From Massilia sp. (GTDB lineage Bacteria; Pseudomonadota; Gammaproteobacteria; Burkholderiales; Burkholderiaceae_D), in NCBI GenBank assembly GCA_031398335.1, contig JANNNC010000045.1, positions 8,917 through 72,916 on the forward strand: 64,000 nucleotides of DNA, given 5' to 3'. Positions 21,177 through 30,936 of the stretch are shown here, piece by piece. Within the stretch, counting starts at the first letter, position 1; each line of letters opens with the position of its first letter. A program made the position numbers and the translations under genes. The notes beneath the pieces were generated by a model. That model did no database searches. It saw only the letters and a list, made by a program, of their open reading frames with translations, and was not told the origin of the DNA.

Positions 21177-23483
21177 ATGAAACGTCCAGGATCCCGCCTG
21201 TCCCTCCCAAGCTGCCGCACCCTCATGTTCATGGCCGTCGCCAGCGCCTTCCCGCTGCAGGCAACGATGGCCCAGGAAACGCCGGCAGCGCAGGAAACGC
21301 CTGCCGTCCAGGCGGACGCAAAGGGCGGGCAGCGCCTCGACGTCGTGATCGTGACGGCCCAGCGCCGTGCCGAGAACATCAAGGACGTGCCGATGGCGAT
21401 CACCACGCTCAGCGGAGACCGGCTGGAAGCGGTCAGCGCCGGCGGCCAGGACATCCGTTTCCTCGCCAGCCGCGCGCCGAGCCTGAACGTGGAATCCGAC
21501 TACGGCCGTTCCTTCCCGCGCTTTTATATCCGCGGCCAGGGCAATACCGACTTCGACCTGAATGCGTCGCAGCCGGTCGGCCTCGTGGTCGACGACATCG
21601 TGCAGGAAAGCCCGATGTTGAAGGGCTTCCCGGTGTTCGACGTCGAGCAGGTGGAAGTGCTGCGCGGCCCGCAGGGTACCCTGTTCGGCCGTAACTCGCC
21701 GGCCGGCGTCATCAAGTTCGACTCCGTGCGTCCCGTCTTGGGCAAGACCGAGGGCTATGTCAGCGCCGGCATCGGCAACTACGGGTCGATGAACGTCGAA
21801 GGCGCCTACAATCTGCCGCTCAGCGACACGGTCGCCGCGCGCGTCTCGGTGCAAACGCAAAACCGCGACAACCGCGTTTTTAATAACCGTCCGACCGGGA
21901 CCCGCGCCTTCGAGGGCTACAGCGACAACGCCGGCCGCCTGCAAGTGCTGGTGCAGCCGAACAAACAGTTCTCGGCGCTGTTCAACCTGCATGCGCGCGA
22001 CCTCGACAACAACGCCACGCTGTTCCGCGCGAACATCATCAAGCAGGGCACGAACGAACTGGTCGACGGTTTCGACTACGACAGCTACCCGACCGACGGC
22101 GTCAACAAGCAGTGGCTGAAAACCAAGGGCGCCAACATGCGCCTGCGCTGGAACCTCGATCGCGTGACCCTGCACTCGATCACCGGCTACGAGAGCGCCG
22201 ATTTCTACAGCCGCGCCGACGTCGACGGCGGCTTCGGCGCCGTCTACGCGCAGCCGATGGGCCCGGGCTTCATTCCGTTCGTGGTTGAGACGGCCGACCT
22301 GCTGCCCGAGCACAAGCAGCTGAGCCAGGAATTCCGCGCCGAGTCGAACGTGCCGGGTCCGCTGCAGTGGATCGGCGGCCTGTTCTTCTTCAAGGAAGAC
22401 ATCCGCATCGACAGCATCAGCTTCGATTCGCTGGCGCCAGGTAACCCGCAAAATCCGTTCTTCGCGACCCAGGACCAGTCGACCAAGTCATGGGCCGCCT
22501 TCGGTTCGCTGAACTACACGGTCTCCGAGCAGCTCAAACTGCGCGCCGGCCTGCGCTATACCAACGACAAGAAGGACTTCTCGGCACGCCGCGTCGAGGC
22601 CACCACGGCCGGCCCGTTCGGCATCAACAACGACTCGAACAACGTCAGCTGGGATGTGAGCGGCACGTATGCCCTGAACAAGGACACGAATTTGTTCGCG
22701 CGCGTCGCCACCGGCTACCGCGCGCCGAGCATGCAGGGCCGCCTGAACGGCTTGCTTGATCGTCCGTCGTTCGCCGACGCCGAAAAAGCCCTGTCCTACG
22801 AGGCCGGCATCAAGCAAGACCTGTTCGACCGCCGCGCGCGCGTGTCGGCCAGCGTGTTCCAGTACCGTGTGAAAGACAAGCAGCTCACCGCCGGCAGCGG
22901 CGTGATCAACATGAACCAGCTGATCAACGCCGACAAGGTTACTGGCCAGGGCGTCGAGCTCGACTTCCAGGCCGTGCTGAGCGACTCGCTGCGCATGACC
23001 CTGGGCGGCAGCTACAACGACACCGAGATCCAGGACGCGTCGCTGTTCGTCCAGCAGTGCGGCAACTTCGCCAACACCGGCGGCCTGGCCGGCTGCACGG
23101 TGACCGATCCGGCAGGCCCGTTCGCCGGCACCGTGCGCATCGACGGCAACCCGATGCCGCGCGCACCGAAGTGGCAGGGTAATTTCACCTTGCGCTACAC
23201 GGTCCCGATGGGGCAGGGCGACTTCTTCGCCTACACCGACTGGGCTTACCGCAGCACCTACAACATGTTCCTGTACGAAGCGCGCGAGTACAAGGCCAAG
23301 TCGATGGTCGAAGGCGGCCTGCGCGTCGGCTACAAGTGGGATGAGGGCAAGTACGAAGTGGCTGCCTTTGCACGCAACATCACCGACAAGGTGCAAGTGG
23401 TCGGCGCCATCGACTTCGATAACCTGACCGGTATCCTGAACGAGCCGCGCACGGTCGGCGCCCAGTTCAAGGTCAATTTCTGA
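21177..23483 (+). CDS. TonB-dependent receptor
   Basis: Signal peptide, then plug motifs 'VIVTAQRRAENIKDVPMAITTL' and 'VEVLRGPQGTLFGRNSPAGVI'. C-terminal '..GAQFKVNF'. RBS AAGGAA before ATG 21177. Confidence 0.9.
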   Translation: MKRPGSRLSLPSCRTLMFMAVASAFPLQATMAQETPAAQETPAVQADAKGGQRLDVVIVTAQRRAENIKDVPMAITTLSGDRLEAVSAGGQDIRFLASRAPSLNVESDYGRSFPRFYIRGQGNTDFDLNASQPVGLVVDDIVQESPMLKGFPVFDVEQVEVLRGPQGTLFGRNSPAGVIKFDSVRPVLGKTEGYVSAGIGNYGSMNVEGAYNLPLSDTVAARVSVQTQNRDNRVFNNRPTGTRAFEGYSDNAGRLQVLVQPNKQFSALFNLHARDLDNNATLFRANIIKQGTNELVDGFDYDSYPTDGVNKQWLKTKGANMRLRWNLDRVTLHSITGYESADFYSRADVDGGFGAVYAQPMGPGFIPFVVETADLLPEHKQLSQEFRAESNVPGPLQWIGGLFFFKEDIRIDSISFDSLAPGNPQNPFFATQDQSTKSWAAFGSLNYTVSEQLKLRAGLRYTNDKKDFSARRVEATTAGPFGINNDSNNVSWDVSGTYALNKDTNLFARVATGYRAPSMQGRLNGLLDRPSFADAEKALSYEAGIKQDLFDRRARVSASVFQYRVKDKQLTAGSGVINMNQLINADKVTGQGVELDFQAVLSDSLRMTLGGSYNDTEIQDASLFVQQCGNFANTGGLAGCTVTDPAGPFAGTVRIDGNPMPRAPKWQGNFTLRYTVPMGQGDFFAYTDWAYRSTYNMFLYEAREYKAKSMVEGGLRVGYKWDEGKYEVAAFARNITDKVQVVGAIDFDNLTGILNEPRTVGAQFKVNF

Positions 23484-23513
23484 TCCTGAATTACTGACAG
23501 AATCACGCCGAAG

Positions 23514-23542
23514 CCGGCCCGTTCATCGGGCCGGTTTTTTTT
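23514..23542 (+). terminator. Rho-independent terminator
   Basis: CCGGCCCG-TTCAT-CGGGCCGG followed by T8. Confidence 0.85.
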
Positions 23543-23700
23543 GGCGTGGCGAATACGTAGGACTTTGCCTAGTCGTCAACGGGCGAATGGCCAATGTGTG
23601 CGCCGTGGATTTGCCGGTAGATTGGCAAGAGGGCGCGCGCCGCATTGCGCCGGAGTACGCGCCATCCGTTTTGCAGCACATCTGGCATGAAAGGAAGACT

Positions 23701-23955
23701 ATGGAAAGCTTGCACATCGATCGCCGCGCGAGACTGCCTGCGGCCAGCGCCAGTGCCGATCTCATCATGACGACAAGAATCGTACGGGAAGGCATCCTGT
23801 TGCAGGCCTGCCTCGGTACTGTGGGGGCGGTCGAATACTTGAAGACCTATGCCGTCAGCGGCGCCATCATTGGCAGGGTATTGTCGGGTGAACGGGTGCG
23901 CCAGGAAGACCGGGCCTTGCCGGCGCGGCAGGGCGCCGCGGGCGCCCTCTGCTGA
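23701..23955 (+). CDS. Hypothetical small protein (84 aa)
   Basis: ATG 23701 follows AAAGGAAG. No recognisable motif. Coding status is uncertain. Confidence 0.3.
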   Translation: MESLHIDRRARLPAASASADLIMTTRIVREGILLQACLGTVGAVEYLKTYAVSGAIIGRVLSGERVRQEDRALPARQGAAGALC

Positions 23956-24080
23956 TAGAACGGCGGAAGCACCAGGCGGCGCTTCCGGCGTCGTCACACC
24001 TCAGAACCTGAAGGTCGCGCGGGCGTAGTCATACCCGCCGTCGATCCCGCTCGGAGAAACCGATCGGGGACCTTGCCAGC

Positions 24081-25583
24081 TCAGGTGCCGCTGCATTGGG
24101 GCAGCGATTTGCGCGTATTGATCAGCGTTGCGCTGTCGCCCTCGGACGGCGTGTTGTCGGTGAATTTGCAGCCGTACTTCGGATCGGCCACGACCGATGG
24201 CGTCAGGACGTCGTCGCCTTCGGGCTTGATCCCTTGCTGCTCCCATTTCACCATCGCCTCGAAAGCGGCGACCTGCTCAGCGAGCGTGAAGTCGCAGTGG
24301 CTGATGCCGCGGATCGCGCGCTGCACCAGCAGGCCCGACGTGCCGGCCGCGTCGGCCCGGCGTTTATAGATCTGCTCCATTTTAAAGGGCACGTACATGT
24401 CGCCCAGGGTGTGGATGGTGACCATCGGGACCTTGATCAGGGCATTCGTCTTCGGCACCCAGCGCAGGCCGTCGCGGCGCAGGCGGTTTGCCTCGGGCTG
24501 GGCCTGGACCCGGAAGATCGACGCGTTATAGGCCTGTTCCTCGGCACTCAAGGCCGGGTCGGCATCGAGCTGGAAGACGATGTCCTTGGTGCTCACCACG
24601 TCTTCGCCCAGAATGCCGTTGATCTTGCCGTCGCGTCCGAACGTGCCCCAGACGGTGGCTTGCAGCGGGCCGGCATACGCATAGTCGAACAGGGGGCGCG
24701 GGCCGCCGGTCAGGTTCTGGACGATCTGTTTCAGGCGCAAACCCTGAGCGGTCGGCACGGCCTGGCCGTTCGGTGTGCCGCCCGGGAAGCTGGAGAAGAG
24801 TTTGGCTTGCACCTGCGGCCCGATGCTCGCCCAGTTCGCCACTGGCCAGCTGGTGGCGGGCATGCCGGCTTCCACCTGCGCGGCGCTCTGGTAGGCGGCA
24901 AAATAATCGAACAGTTCGGTGTCGCCGAGCACCGCGCACATCGGCACGGCGCCGTTGTAGCGAATGCGGTTATTCGCCGTGGCGATGTTTTCCTCGTCGA
25001 CGGCGGCGGCCGTGATATGCCCGCCCATCGACACGCCCATGATGTAAGTTTTGAACGGGGCAGTCAGGGTCCTGCCGTTCTGGCGCGCGATGTTGACGAA
25101 TTCGATCGCCAGCGCGTTCGTGTCTTCCACGCCGGCGCGCACGTCATAGTAATTCTTGCTGTAGCTGGACGCCGCCCAGGCATAGCCCTGGTTCAGCAGG
25201 TGGCGCCGGATCGCCGGCGGCGACACCGACAGGTTGGCGCCTTCGCCGGCATAACCGTGCGCGTACATCACCAGCATGCCGTTCCAGTTCTTCGGCACCT
25301 CGACCTGGTAGCTCGCATTGTTCATCACGCCCGACCAGCGGTCGCTGGCCGGCGTGCCGGCCAACTCCGCGAAGGTCGTCGCCGTCTGGACTGCCGCGAA
25401 GGTGCGCGTATCCTGGGCCCGCGTCGATTCCGGGGCGACGGTGACGGGAACGGGGGTGACCACTGCCTGCGGCGGGCGGGCCGTTGACTCGTCGTCGCTG
25501 CCGCCGCAGGCGGACAGGAAGAGCGTCGCCAACAGCGGCGCGATGTGTCGACGCGATACGAAAATGCCGAGCTGCTTTTTCAT
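24081..25583 (-). CDS. Secreted lipoprotein, alpha/beta-hydrolase fold
   Basis: Lipobox 'LSAC' and nucleophile elbow 'GVSMGGH'. 500 aa. Confidence 0.75.
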   Translation of the reverse strand: MKKQLGIFVSRRHIAPLLATLFLSACGGSDDESTARPPQAVVTPVPVTVAPESTRAQDTRTFAAVQTATTFAELAGTPASDRWSGVMNNASYQVEVPKNWNGMLVMYAHGYAGEGANLSVSPPAIRRHLLNQGYAWAASSYSKNYYDVRAGVEDTNALAIEFVNIARQNGRTLTAPFKTYIMGVSMGGHITAAAVDEENIATANNRIRYNGAVPMCAVLGDTELFDYFAAYQSAAQVEAGMPATSWPVANWASIGPQVQAKLFSSFPGGTPNGQAVPTAQGLRLKQIVQNLTGGPRPLFDYAYAGPLQATVWGTFGRDGKINGILGEDVVSTKDIVFQLDADPALSAEEQAYNASIFRVQAQPEANRLRRDGLRWVPKTNALIKVPMVTIHTLGDMYVPFKMEQIYKRRADAAGTSGLLVQRAIRGISHCDFTLAEQVAAFEAMVKWEQQGIKPEGDDVLTPSVVADPKYGCKFTDNTPSEGDSATLINTRKSLPQCSGT

Positions 25584-25731
25584 CGAAGATCTCCAAAGTT
25601 ATTGTTTTGCACAGCGAAACTAGGGTCCGCGTGGTGGTTTAATTCTAGAGTTAATTGGAGAACAATGTAAGCGAAGGATGATGGCGTGACTGGCCAGCAA
25701 CGGCCCATACAAAGCGGGCAAAGCACAGGCG

Positions 25732-25757
25732 AAAAAAAACCGGGGCAACAGCCCCGG
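25732..25757 (-). terminator. Rho-independent terminator (downstream of the PHB depolymerase gene)
   Basis: On the minus strand: CCGGGG-CTGTTG-CCCCGG followed by T8. Confidence 0.85.
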
Positions 25758-25776
25758 CAAAGTCCTGCGCCTTCGG

Positions 25777-27513
25777 TTACGGGCAACTGCCGATGATGTA
25801 ATAGCCAGCCGCGGTCTGCGCCAGCGTGGATGTGTAAAAGGTGTTGTTCAGGCCCATGTTCTGGTTCGAGCCGTTCGCCAGTGCGTAGCCGCCGCTGTTA
25901 TGCGCGCGTCCCGCCGTGACGTGGGCGTAATTGCTGGCCGTGGTCGTGGTGCAGGCAAAGCCGGAGCTGGTGCTGCCGCTGACGGTGGCCGAGCGCGCGC
26001 TCTCCACGCCGCCGTTGCCGAGCGCCGAGACTTGATAGCTGTAGCTCGTTGCCGCCGCCAGGCCGGTGTCGGTATAGCCGGTGGCCGCCAGCGCAGCGCC
26101 ATTCACTTTGCTGCCGTTGCGGTAGACGTTGTAGCCGGTGGCGCCGTTCGACGCGTTCCAGGTCAGTGCGATGCTGCTGGACGTGCGCGCGCCGACCGCG
26201 AGACCTGCCGGCGCTTGCAAGGCCGGTGGCGCGCCGACCAGGAACTGGCCGATGGCGCAGGCGCTGGACGTGAGCCCGGTGCCGCTGTCGGTGGCCGTCA
26301 CGCTGCCGCTGTAATAGCCATCGGCGCGCGCCGTGTAGGCCTTACTGAAACTGGCGCCGCTGCCGGCTTGCGCGTCGTTGACCGGCGTCGGCCCGTTCAA
26401 GACCACCTTGTAGCTGCCGATGCTGCCGCTCGCCGCGCCGTTCACCGTCACGGTGGAGCCCGACACGCTGGCGCTGCACGAACTCATCGCAGGCGGTGCG
26501 ACCTGGGCCACGCGCAGGTTGTTCTTGAACCAGAAGTCCATCACGAAGGCCGGGTAATTCACCTTGCTGGCGTCGACGTAATTTGCACTCTGGCCGCCGC
26601 TGCCGGCCGGCCAGGCATGGCCCATGCCGGTCACCGTGATCTCCGAGGTACGCAGCTTGCCGTTCGCATCCGTGTATGGGATATTGCTGCCCCCGGTCGG
26701 CACCGTCACGGCCGCGCCCTTGGTAAACGTACCACCGTAAGCGATGCGCATGGCCGCCGCATCGAGCGGGCCATAGCCCTGCGCCACGGTGTAGTCGTTG
26801 GTCCCCCAGATGACGCCGGCCACCTGCGTGGCGAATTGCGCGACATTGGCGCCGGCCAGGGTTTTGCAGTTGTTGCCGGCGGTGGTGGCCGTGTACCCGG
26901 ACGGCACCGCGCCGATCTGCAGGGTCGTCACGCCCGGCGGCGGGCCGGCGTTGATGCCGACGCCGGCAAAGATGTCGGGCGCCAGGCAGCCCATCACCAT
27001 GGTCTGGGCGCCGCCCGAGGACAGGCCGGCGACATACACCTGTTTCGGGTCGATCGCATACTGCGGGTTGTTCACGAAGCGGTTGATCAGGTCGAGCAGG
27101 ATGCCCGAGTGGCCGGTCGTGCGGCTGTGGGTGCTCTTGGCCCAGTCCCAGCAATGCGAGCCGTACAGGTTGCCGGTGGCATTCGGCGCGAGGATCACGG
27201 CGCCATAGCTGTCGGCCACGCCTTTCCAGTTGTAGCCCTTGTCGGAAGTGCCGTCGATGACGTCGCCGGCGGCGGTCTGGGCGCAGCCGTGCAGCACCAG
27301 CACCAGCGCGCGCTTGCCGGCCAGCGTGGGGTTGGTCGCTGGCCAGTAGTAATAGCCGGTCAGGGCGCCGCCGTTGACGGTATCGCTGGCCCAGGTCTGG
27401 TTGCCGCTCCAGCTGCCGGGACCGGCCTGCACCTGGGCCTGGGCGCCTGCCCAGGGGAGCAATGCGGCGATAAATACAGCCTGGCGGGCTGCCTGTTGAA
27501 ACGAACATGCCAT
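25777..27513 (-). CDS. phaZ: Extracellular poly(3-hydroxybutyrate) depolymerase (catalytic + Fn3 + C-terminal substrate-binding domain)
   Basis: Start at ATG 27513 (RBS GGAGG) gives signal peptide MACSFQQAARQAVFIAALLPWAGAQA. Oxyanion region 'LVLVLHGC', lipase box 'GLSSGG', Fn3 'SIALTWNASNGATGYNVYRNG' and a C-terminal 'NYAHVTAGRAH..YY..GSCP' PHB-binding-type domain. Confidence 0.8.
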   Translation of the reverse strand: MACSFQQAARQAVFIAALLPWAGAQAQVQAGPGSWSGNQTWASDTVNGGALTGYYYWPATNPTLAGKRALVLVLHGCAQTAAGDVIDGTSDKGYNWKGVADSYGAVILAPNATGNLYGSHCWDWAKSTHSRTTGHSGILLDLINRFVNNPQYAIDPKQVYVAGLSSGGAQTMVMGCLAPDIFAGVGINAGPPPGVTTLQIGAVPSGYTATTAGNNCKTLAGANVAQFATQVAGVIWGTNDYTVAQGYGPLDAAAMRIAYGGTFTKGAAVTVPTGGSNIPYTDANGKLRTSEITVTGMGHAWPAGSGGQSANYVDASKVNYPAFVMDFWFKNNLRVAQVAPPAMSSCSASVSGSTVTVNGAASGSIGSYKVVLNGPTPVNDAQAGSGASFSKAYTARADGYYSGSVTATDSGTGLTSSACAIGQFLVGAPPALQAPAGLAVGARTSSSIALTWNASNGATGYNVYRNGSKVNGAALAATGYTDTGLAAATSYSYQVSALGNGGVESARSATVSGSTSSGFACTTTTASNYAHVTAGRAHNSGGYALANGSNQNMGLNNTFYTSTLAQTAAGYYIIGSCP

Positions 27514-27815
27514 GGAATGCCTCCGTTGCGTGAACCACGTTGAGAAGCCCGGGCGCGAGGACGCGACGGCGTCGCACGGGGCGCACCGGGGTTGGTGAAA
27601 CGGGAGAGCAGGCAGCCGCGCGAAAAGCGCTAAGAGGCAGGCGAGGGAAGAAGGTTCATGGGACTTGTCTCCGGCTGTCGGTATAGTTTTATCGCGACGG
27701 GAAGTCGCCAATGTATTCTAGGCTTCGCATCGCGGCGCACAAGCGGCGCGCAGGCACGCCGTTTGTGCGGTTTTGCACAGCGATGGTGCAGGGGCGCGCG
27801 AACGCGAACGGCCAT

Positions 27816-27841
27816 AAAAAAACCGGGACGCGCGGTCCCGG
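27816..27841 (-). terminator. Rho-independent terminator (downstream of the DUF885 gene)
   Basis: On the minus strand: CCGGGAC-CGCGC-GTCCCGG followed by T7. Confidence 0.85.
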
Positions 27842-27876
27842 TTGTATGCCATTGCCTTGCCATTGCCTCGTGACGA

Positions 27877-29838
27877 TCAATCGCGCATCAACTCCGCGAT
27901 CATCTTCACCGGCGCATTGCCGTAGCTGAGCAACTGGTCGTGGAACTGCTTCTGGTTGAAGCGTTCGCCCAGCGCCTGGCGGCGCTGCTCGCGCAATTCC
28001 ATGATCTCGGCATAGCCGCTGAAATAGCTGGTCAGCTGCACCGACGACAGCTGCACGCGGCGCCACTTCTCCGTCGCTTCCTGGCGCGTCTGGAAGGCCT
28101 GGCGCGTCAACAGGTCGAGCGCTTCCTCGCGGCCGATGCCGTTCACGTGCACCGAGTAGTCGAGGATGGTGTTGGTCACGCTGCGCAGGTTCCACTTCGA
28201 GTACATCAGCCACATCTCGGGCGCGTTGCCGCCGTAGCCCGATTCGAGCATCATGCGCTCGCCATACACGGCCCAGCCTTCTACCATGGCGCCATTCCCG
28301 AACAGGGATTTCACCAATGATGGCGAGCGGTTCGCATGCACCAGCTGGGCGTAGTGGCCGGGGATCGCCTCGTGGATGTTCAGGATCTGCAGGATCCACT
28401 CGTTGTACTCGCGCAGGCTGCTTTCGGCCTGCTCCGCCGTGAGCCCGTCCAGGGGCGTCACATTGTAATACGTCTTGTCCTTCGGACGGTAGGGACCCGG
28501 CGCGTCGATGCTGGCGCCGGCCACGCCGCGCTGGTACATCGGCGTCTCGCGCACTTCGAGCGGCTTGCCCGGGTCGAGCGTCAATAAATCGTTCTTGATG
28601 ACCCAGTCCTGCAGCAGCGGGATCTGGCGCCGGATCTCGGGGAAGAAGTTTTCGCGCGCGACGTGGCGGGTGGACAGGCGGTCGATCAGCATGCCGATCT
28701 TCTGGAAGCGGTCGTTCGGCTTGTTGGTGCCGGCCATGTAGCGCGGCCAGAGTTCGTCCGCAATCGCATTCATGCGCGTGAGGAGTTCTTCGCGCGCCGC
28801 CAGCGCCTTGCGGTAAGTCTGCTCGGCGCTGCTGGCCGACTGGATCTCGAGCGCGAATTTTTGTTCGTACAAGGCTTTCCCGAGCCTGAACGGACGCGCC
28901 TTGCCGCTGGCCGATTGCGTCTTTTCGAGGTTGCTCAGGAAGTCGACATACGCGACCACGGCGCTGCCGGCTTCGGCGATGCGGCGCGCAAACAGCGCCT
29001 TTTCCTGCGCATTTAAAATCGAGCTCTGCGCGGCCTGGCCGAGGTCGGCCAACACCACCAGCGTGCCCGGCGCCTGCGCGATCGCCAACTGCGTGTGTTC
29101 GCGCGTCGGATTCACGATCGACGCTTGCGCCGCCTGGTAATAGGCCGGCACGTTGTCCAGGCGTTTCAGGATGGTGCGCAGGCGCTGCGGTTTCGCGGCG
29201 TAGTCGGTATTCAATACCAGGTCGAGCGGCTGGGCGATGTTGTACTGCGCCGGGTTCCATTCGAATTCGCGCAGCGTCGTCAGACGCCAGCGGTCGGTCT
29301 CGAGCTTGTTGACCAGGAGGGCCAGGTCGGTGCGCTGGCGCGGCGACAGCTGGCGCGTGTCGATCTTGCGGAATTTTTCCAGCCACTCGTTGGTGAACGC
29401 GAGTTTTTTCGCGCGCGTGGCGGCATCCGGCAGTGTCAGGTTGGCGGCGGCCTCGAACTTGCCGACCGCGATGGCACCCTCCGGATCGATGCGCCACAGC
29501 GCTGTCAGGTACTGCATGCTGAGCGAATCGGCGCGGCGGTCGAGGCGCTTCTCGTTCGATGCCGTTGCGGGTGCCTGGGCCTGCGCCTGGGCCGGTTGCG
29601 CAGCGACGGCAGCGACAACGACGCTGGTGGCGGCAGCGGCGGCCAGCGCCTTGCCTTGCTTGCCCTTGACCGGCTTGCCCTTGGCCTTGGCGACAGGGGC
29701 GGCGACGCGCTTGGCGGTACCCTTCGATTTCACGACCTTGGCCGCTTTCGGCTTTGCGGTTTTTGCTTGCTTGGCGCTGGCCGGCGCCAGCGCGAGGCTG
29801 GCGATCATGGCTGCCAGCACGAGTTTCGATTTCATCAT
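27877..29838 (-). CDS. DUF885 family protein with Lys/Ala-rich N-terminal extension
   Basis: 653 aa. Signal peptide and the DUF885 hallmark 'HEAIPGHYAQ'. Residues ~22-95 are a low-complexity AK-rich tract. Confidence 0.85.
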   Translation of the reverse strand: MMKSKLVLAAMIASLALAPASAKQAKTAKPKAAKVVKSKGTAKRVAAPVAKAKGKPVKGKQGKALAAAAATSVVVAAVAAQPAQAQAQAPATASNEKRLDRRADSLSMQYLTALWRIDPEGAIAVGKFEAAANLTLPDAATRAKKLAFTNEWLEKFRKIDTRQLSPRQRTDLALLVNKLETDRWRLTTLREFEWNPAQYNIAQPLDLVLNTDYAAKPQRLRTILKRLDNVPAYYQAAQASIVNPTREHTQLAIAQAPGTLVVLADLGQAAQSSILNAQEKALFARRIAEAGSAVVAYVDFLSNLEKTQSASGKARPFRLGKALYEQKFALEIQSASSAEQTYRKALAAREELLTRMNAIADELWPRYMAGTNKPNDRFQKIGMLIDRLSTRHVARENFFPEIRRQIPLLQDWVIKNDLLTLDPGKPLEVRETPMYQRGVAGASIDAPGPYRPKDKTYYNVTPLDGLTAEQAESSLREYNEWILQILNIHEAIPGHYAQLVHANRSPSLVKSLFGNGAMVEGWAVYGERMMLESGYGGNAPEMWLMYSKWNLRSVTNTILDYSVHVNGIGREEALDLLTRQAFQTRQEATEKWRRVQLSSVQLTSYFSGYAEIMELREQRRQALGERFNQKQFHDQLLSYGNAPVKMIAELMRD

Positions 29839-29919
29839 TGTGTTCGGCCCGTAAAGATGGTGATTCGGGTGGGCGGCGCGGCTGCCGTTTTCAGCGCGGC
29901 GGCGCGGCAGCGCGCCAGA

Positions 29920-30390
29920 TTAGCATTTTTCGCGCGGATTGCGCTGCCCCGGCTTTGTAACAAACGCCGGGCCCAGCGCGGCCAGGGCCGCTTCCTGAGG
30001 CAAGCGGCTGGCCTCTTCCATGACGCTGGCGGGCAGCCAGTCGGGGAAGGGCGTTTCACTGTTTTCATGGTGGCCACGCTTGCTGTGCTCCTGCACCACC
30101 CGCGCCAGGTGCGCTGGGTCAAACACTGGCGCGGCGGCGGCCAGCGCCGGCCACAGGCGCCGGTGCACCAGCGTGACCTTGTGTTCGACCAGGCGGCAGA
30201 CGAGGATGCCGGCGTCCTCGCTGACCGCCCCCAGCACCGCGAAAATGTGTTTACCCTGCGGGTGGCCCCACCAGCTGCCCTTGATCGGCTCCCCGGCGAT
30301 CGCATGGGTCAGCGTCGGCACGGGCCCGCGTGCGGAGGCCAGTACGACGCCGTGTTCGCGCACGAAGGCGAGCGCTGCGAGGGCATCCAT
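29920..30390 (-). CDS. Hypothetical protein (156 aa)
   Basis: TGATG overlap with the upstream gene and host-like codon usage. No motif recognised. Confidence 0.55.
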   Translation of the reverse strand: MDALAALAFVREHGVVLASARGPVPTLTHAIAGEPIKGSWWGHPQGKHIFAVLGAVSEDAGILVCRLVEHKVTLVHRRLWPALAAAAPVFDPAHLARVVQEHSKRGHHENSETPFPDWLPASVMEEASRLPQEAALAALGPAFVTKPGQRNPREKC

Positions 30391-30872
30391 CAGTCGACGA
30401 AGCCCGCGCGGATCAAGGCCTGGTGGCGCGCATTGACGGCGGCGACGGCGTGTTTGCCGCGCGCGATGTTGTTCAAGACGATCTCGCTGTCCCTGGTAAA
30501 CCGGTGGCCAATGCGTACCGTGTACGAGCGCGTGGCCCAGCTCTTGAAACCGTTGATAAAAGTCGCTTCATCCACGTCGCGCCACTTCACGCCGACGACG
30601 CCCTTCTTCCAGGGCAGCACGCCCGCATGCACCCAGACGCCGAGATCGTCCAGGTACAGCTGCACGCTGCGCACCAGCAGGAATTCGTAGGCGACCAGCA
30701 TGGCCGACAGGACCAGCACCGCCAGGGCCGCCATCTCGTGCCACAGGAAGGCCAGCGGCAGTACGACGGCGAACAGGATCACGGCCAGCGCCAGCACGCC
30801 GGCATAGGCCAGCCACGATTTGACGCCGATGACCTGGGCCGTCGATGCAGCGAGTGCGTTCTGTTCTTCCAA
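30390..30872 (-). CDS. Membrane protein, two TM helices + bacterial PH-like (YdbS/bPH_2-like) domain
   Basis: 160 aa. Two hydrophobic helices are followed by a ~90-aa soluble domain (..LYLDDLGVWVHAGVLPWKKGVVGVKWRDVD..). The family call is inference. Confidence 0.55.
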   Translation of the reverse strand: MEEQNALAASTAQVIGVKSWLAYAGVLALAVILFAVVLPLAFLWHEMAALAVLVLSAMLVAYEFLLVRSVQLYLDDLGVWVHAGVLPWKKGVVGVKWRDVDEATFINGFKSWATRSYTVRIGHRFTRDSEIVLNNIARGKHAVAAVNARHQALIRAGFVD

Positions 30873-30936
30873 GATGGCGTTCCGATTAAAAGCGGAATCA
30901 TCACATGGATCGCCCGGCAGCGCCAGATGCGTGGTT

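Noticed and set aside
24001-24060. Minus-strand reading frame ending '...GIDGGYDYARATFRF*', which resembles the C-terminal beta-strand signature of an outer-membrane protein
   Set aside because: Only about 17 residues look OMP-like. The rest of the 81-aa ORF overlaps the lipoprotein gene in another frame and is Arg-rich. It could be a relic of a lost OMP gene, but the evidence is too thin to call.
29095-30690. 531-aa plus-strand ORF spanning the DUF885 5' end and two small genes. Alternative-frame ORFs lie at 27689..29497, 25900..27543, 26342..27586, 60973..63027, 59347..60909 and 44351..45373.
   Set aside because: They overlap genes with recognisable domains on the other strand or frame. 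Their composition (poly-R/G/P/A) indicates non-coding frames in GC-rich DNA.
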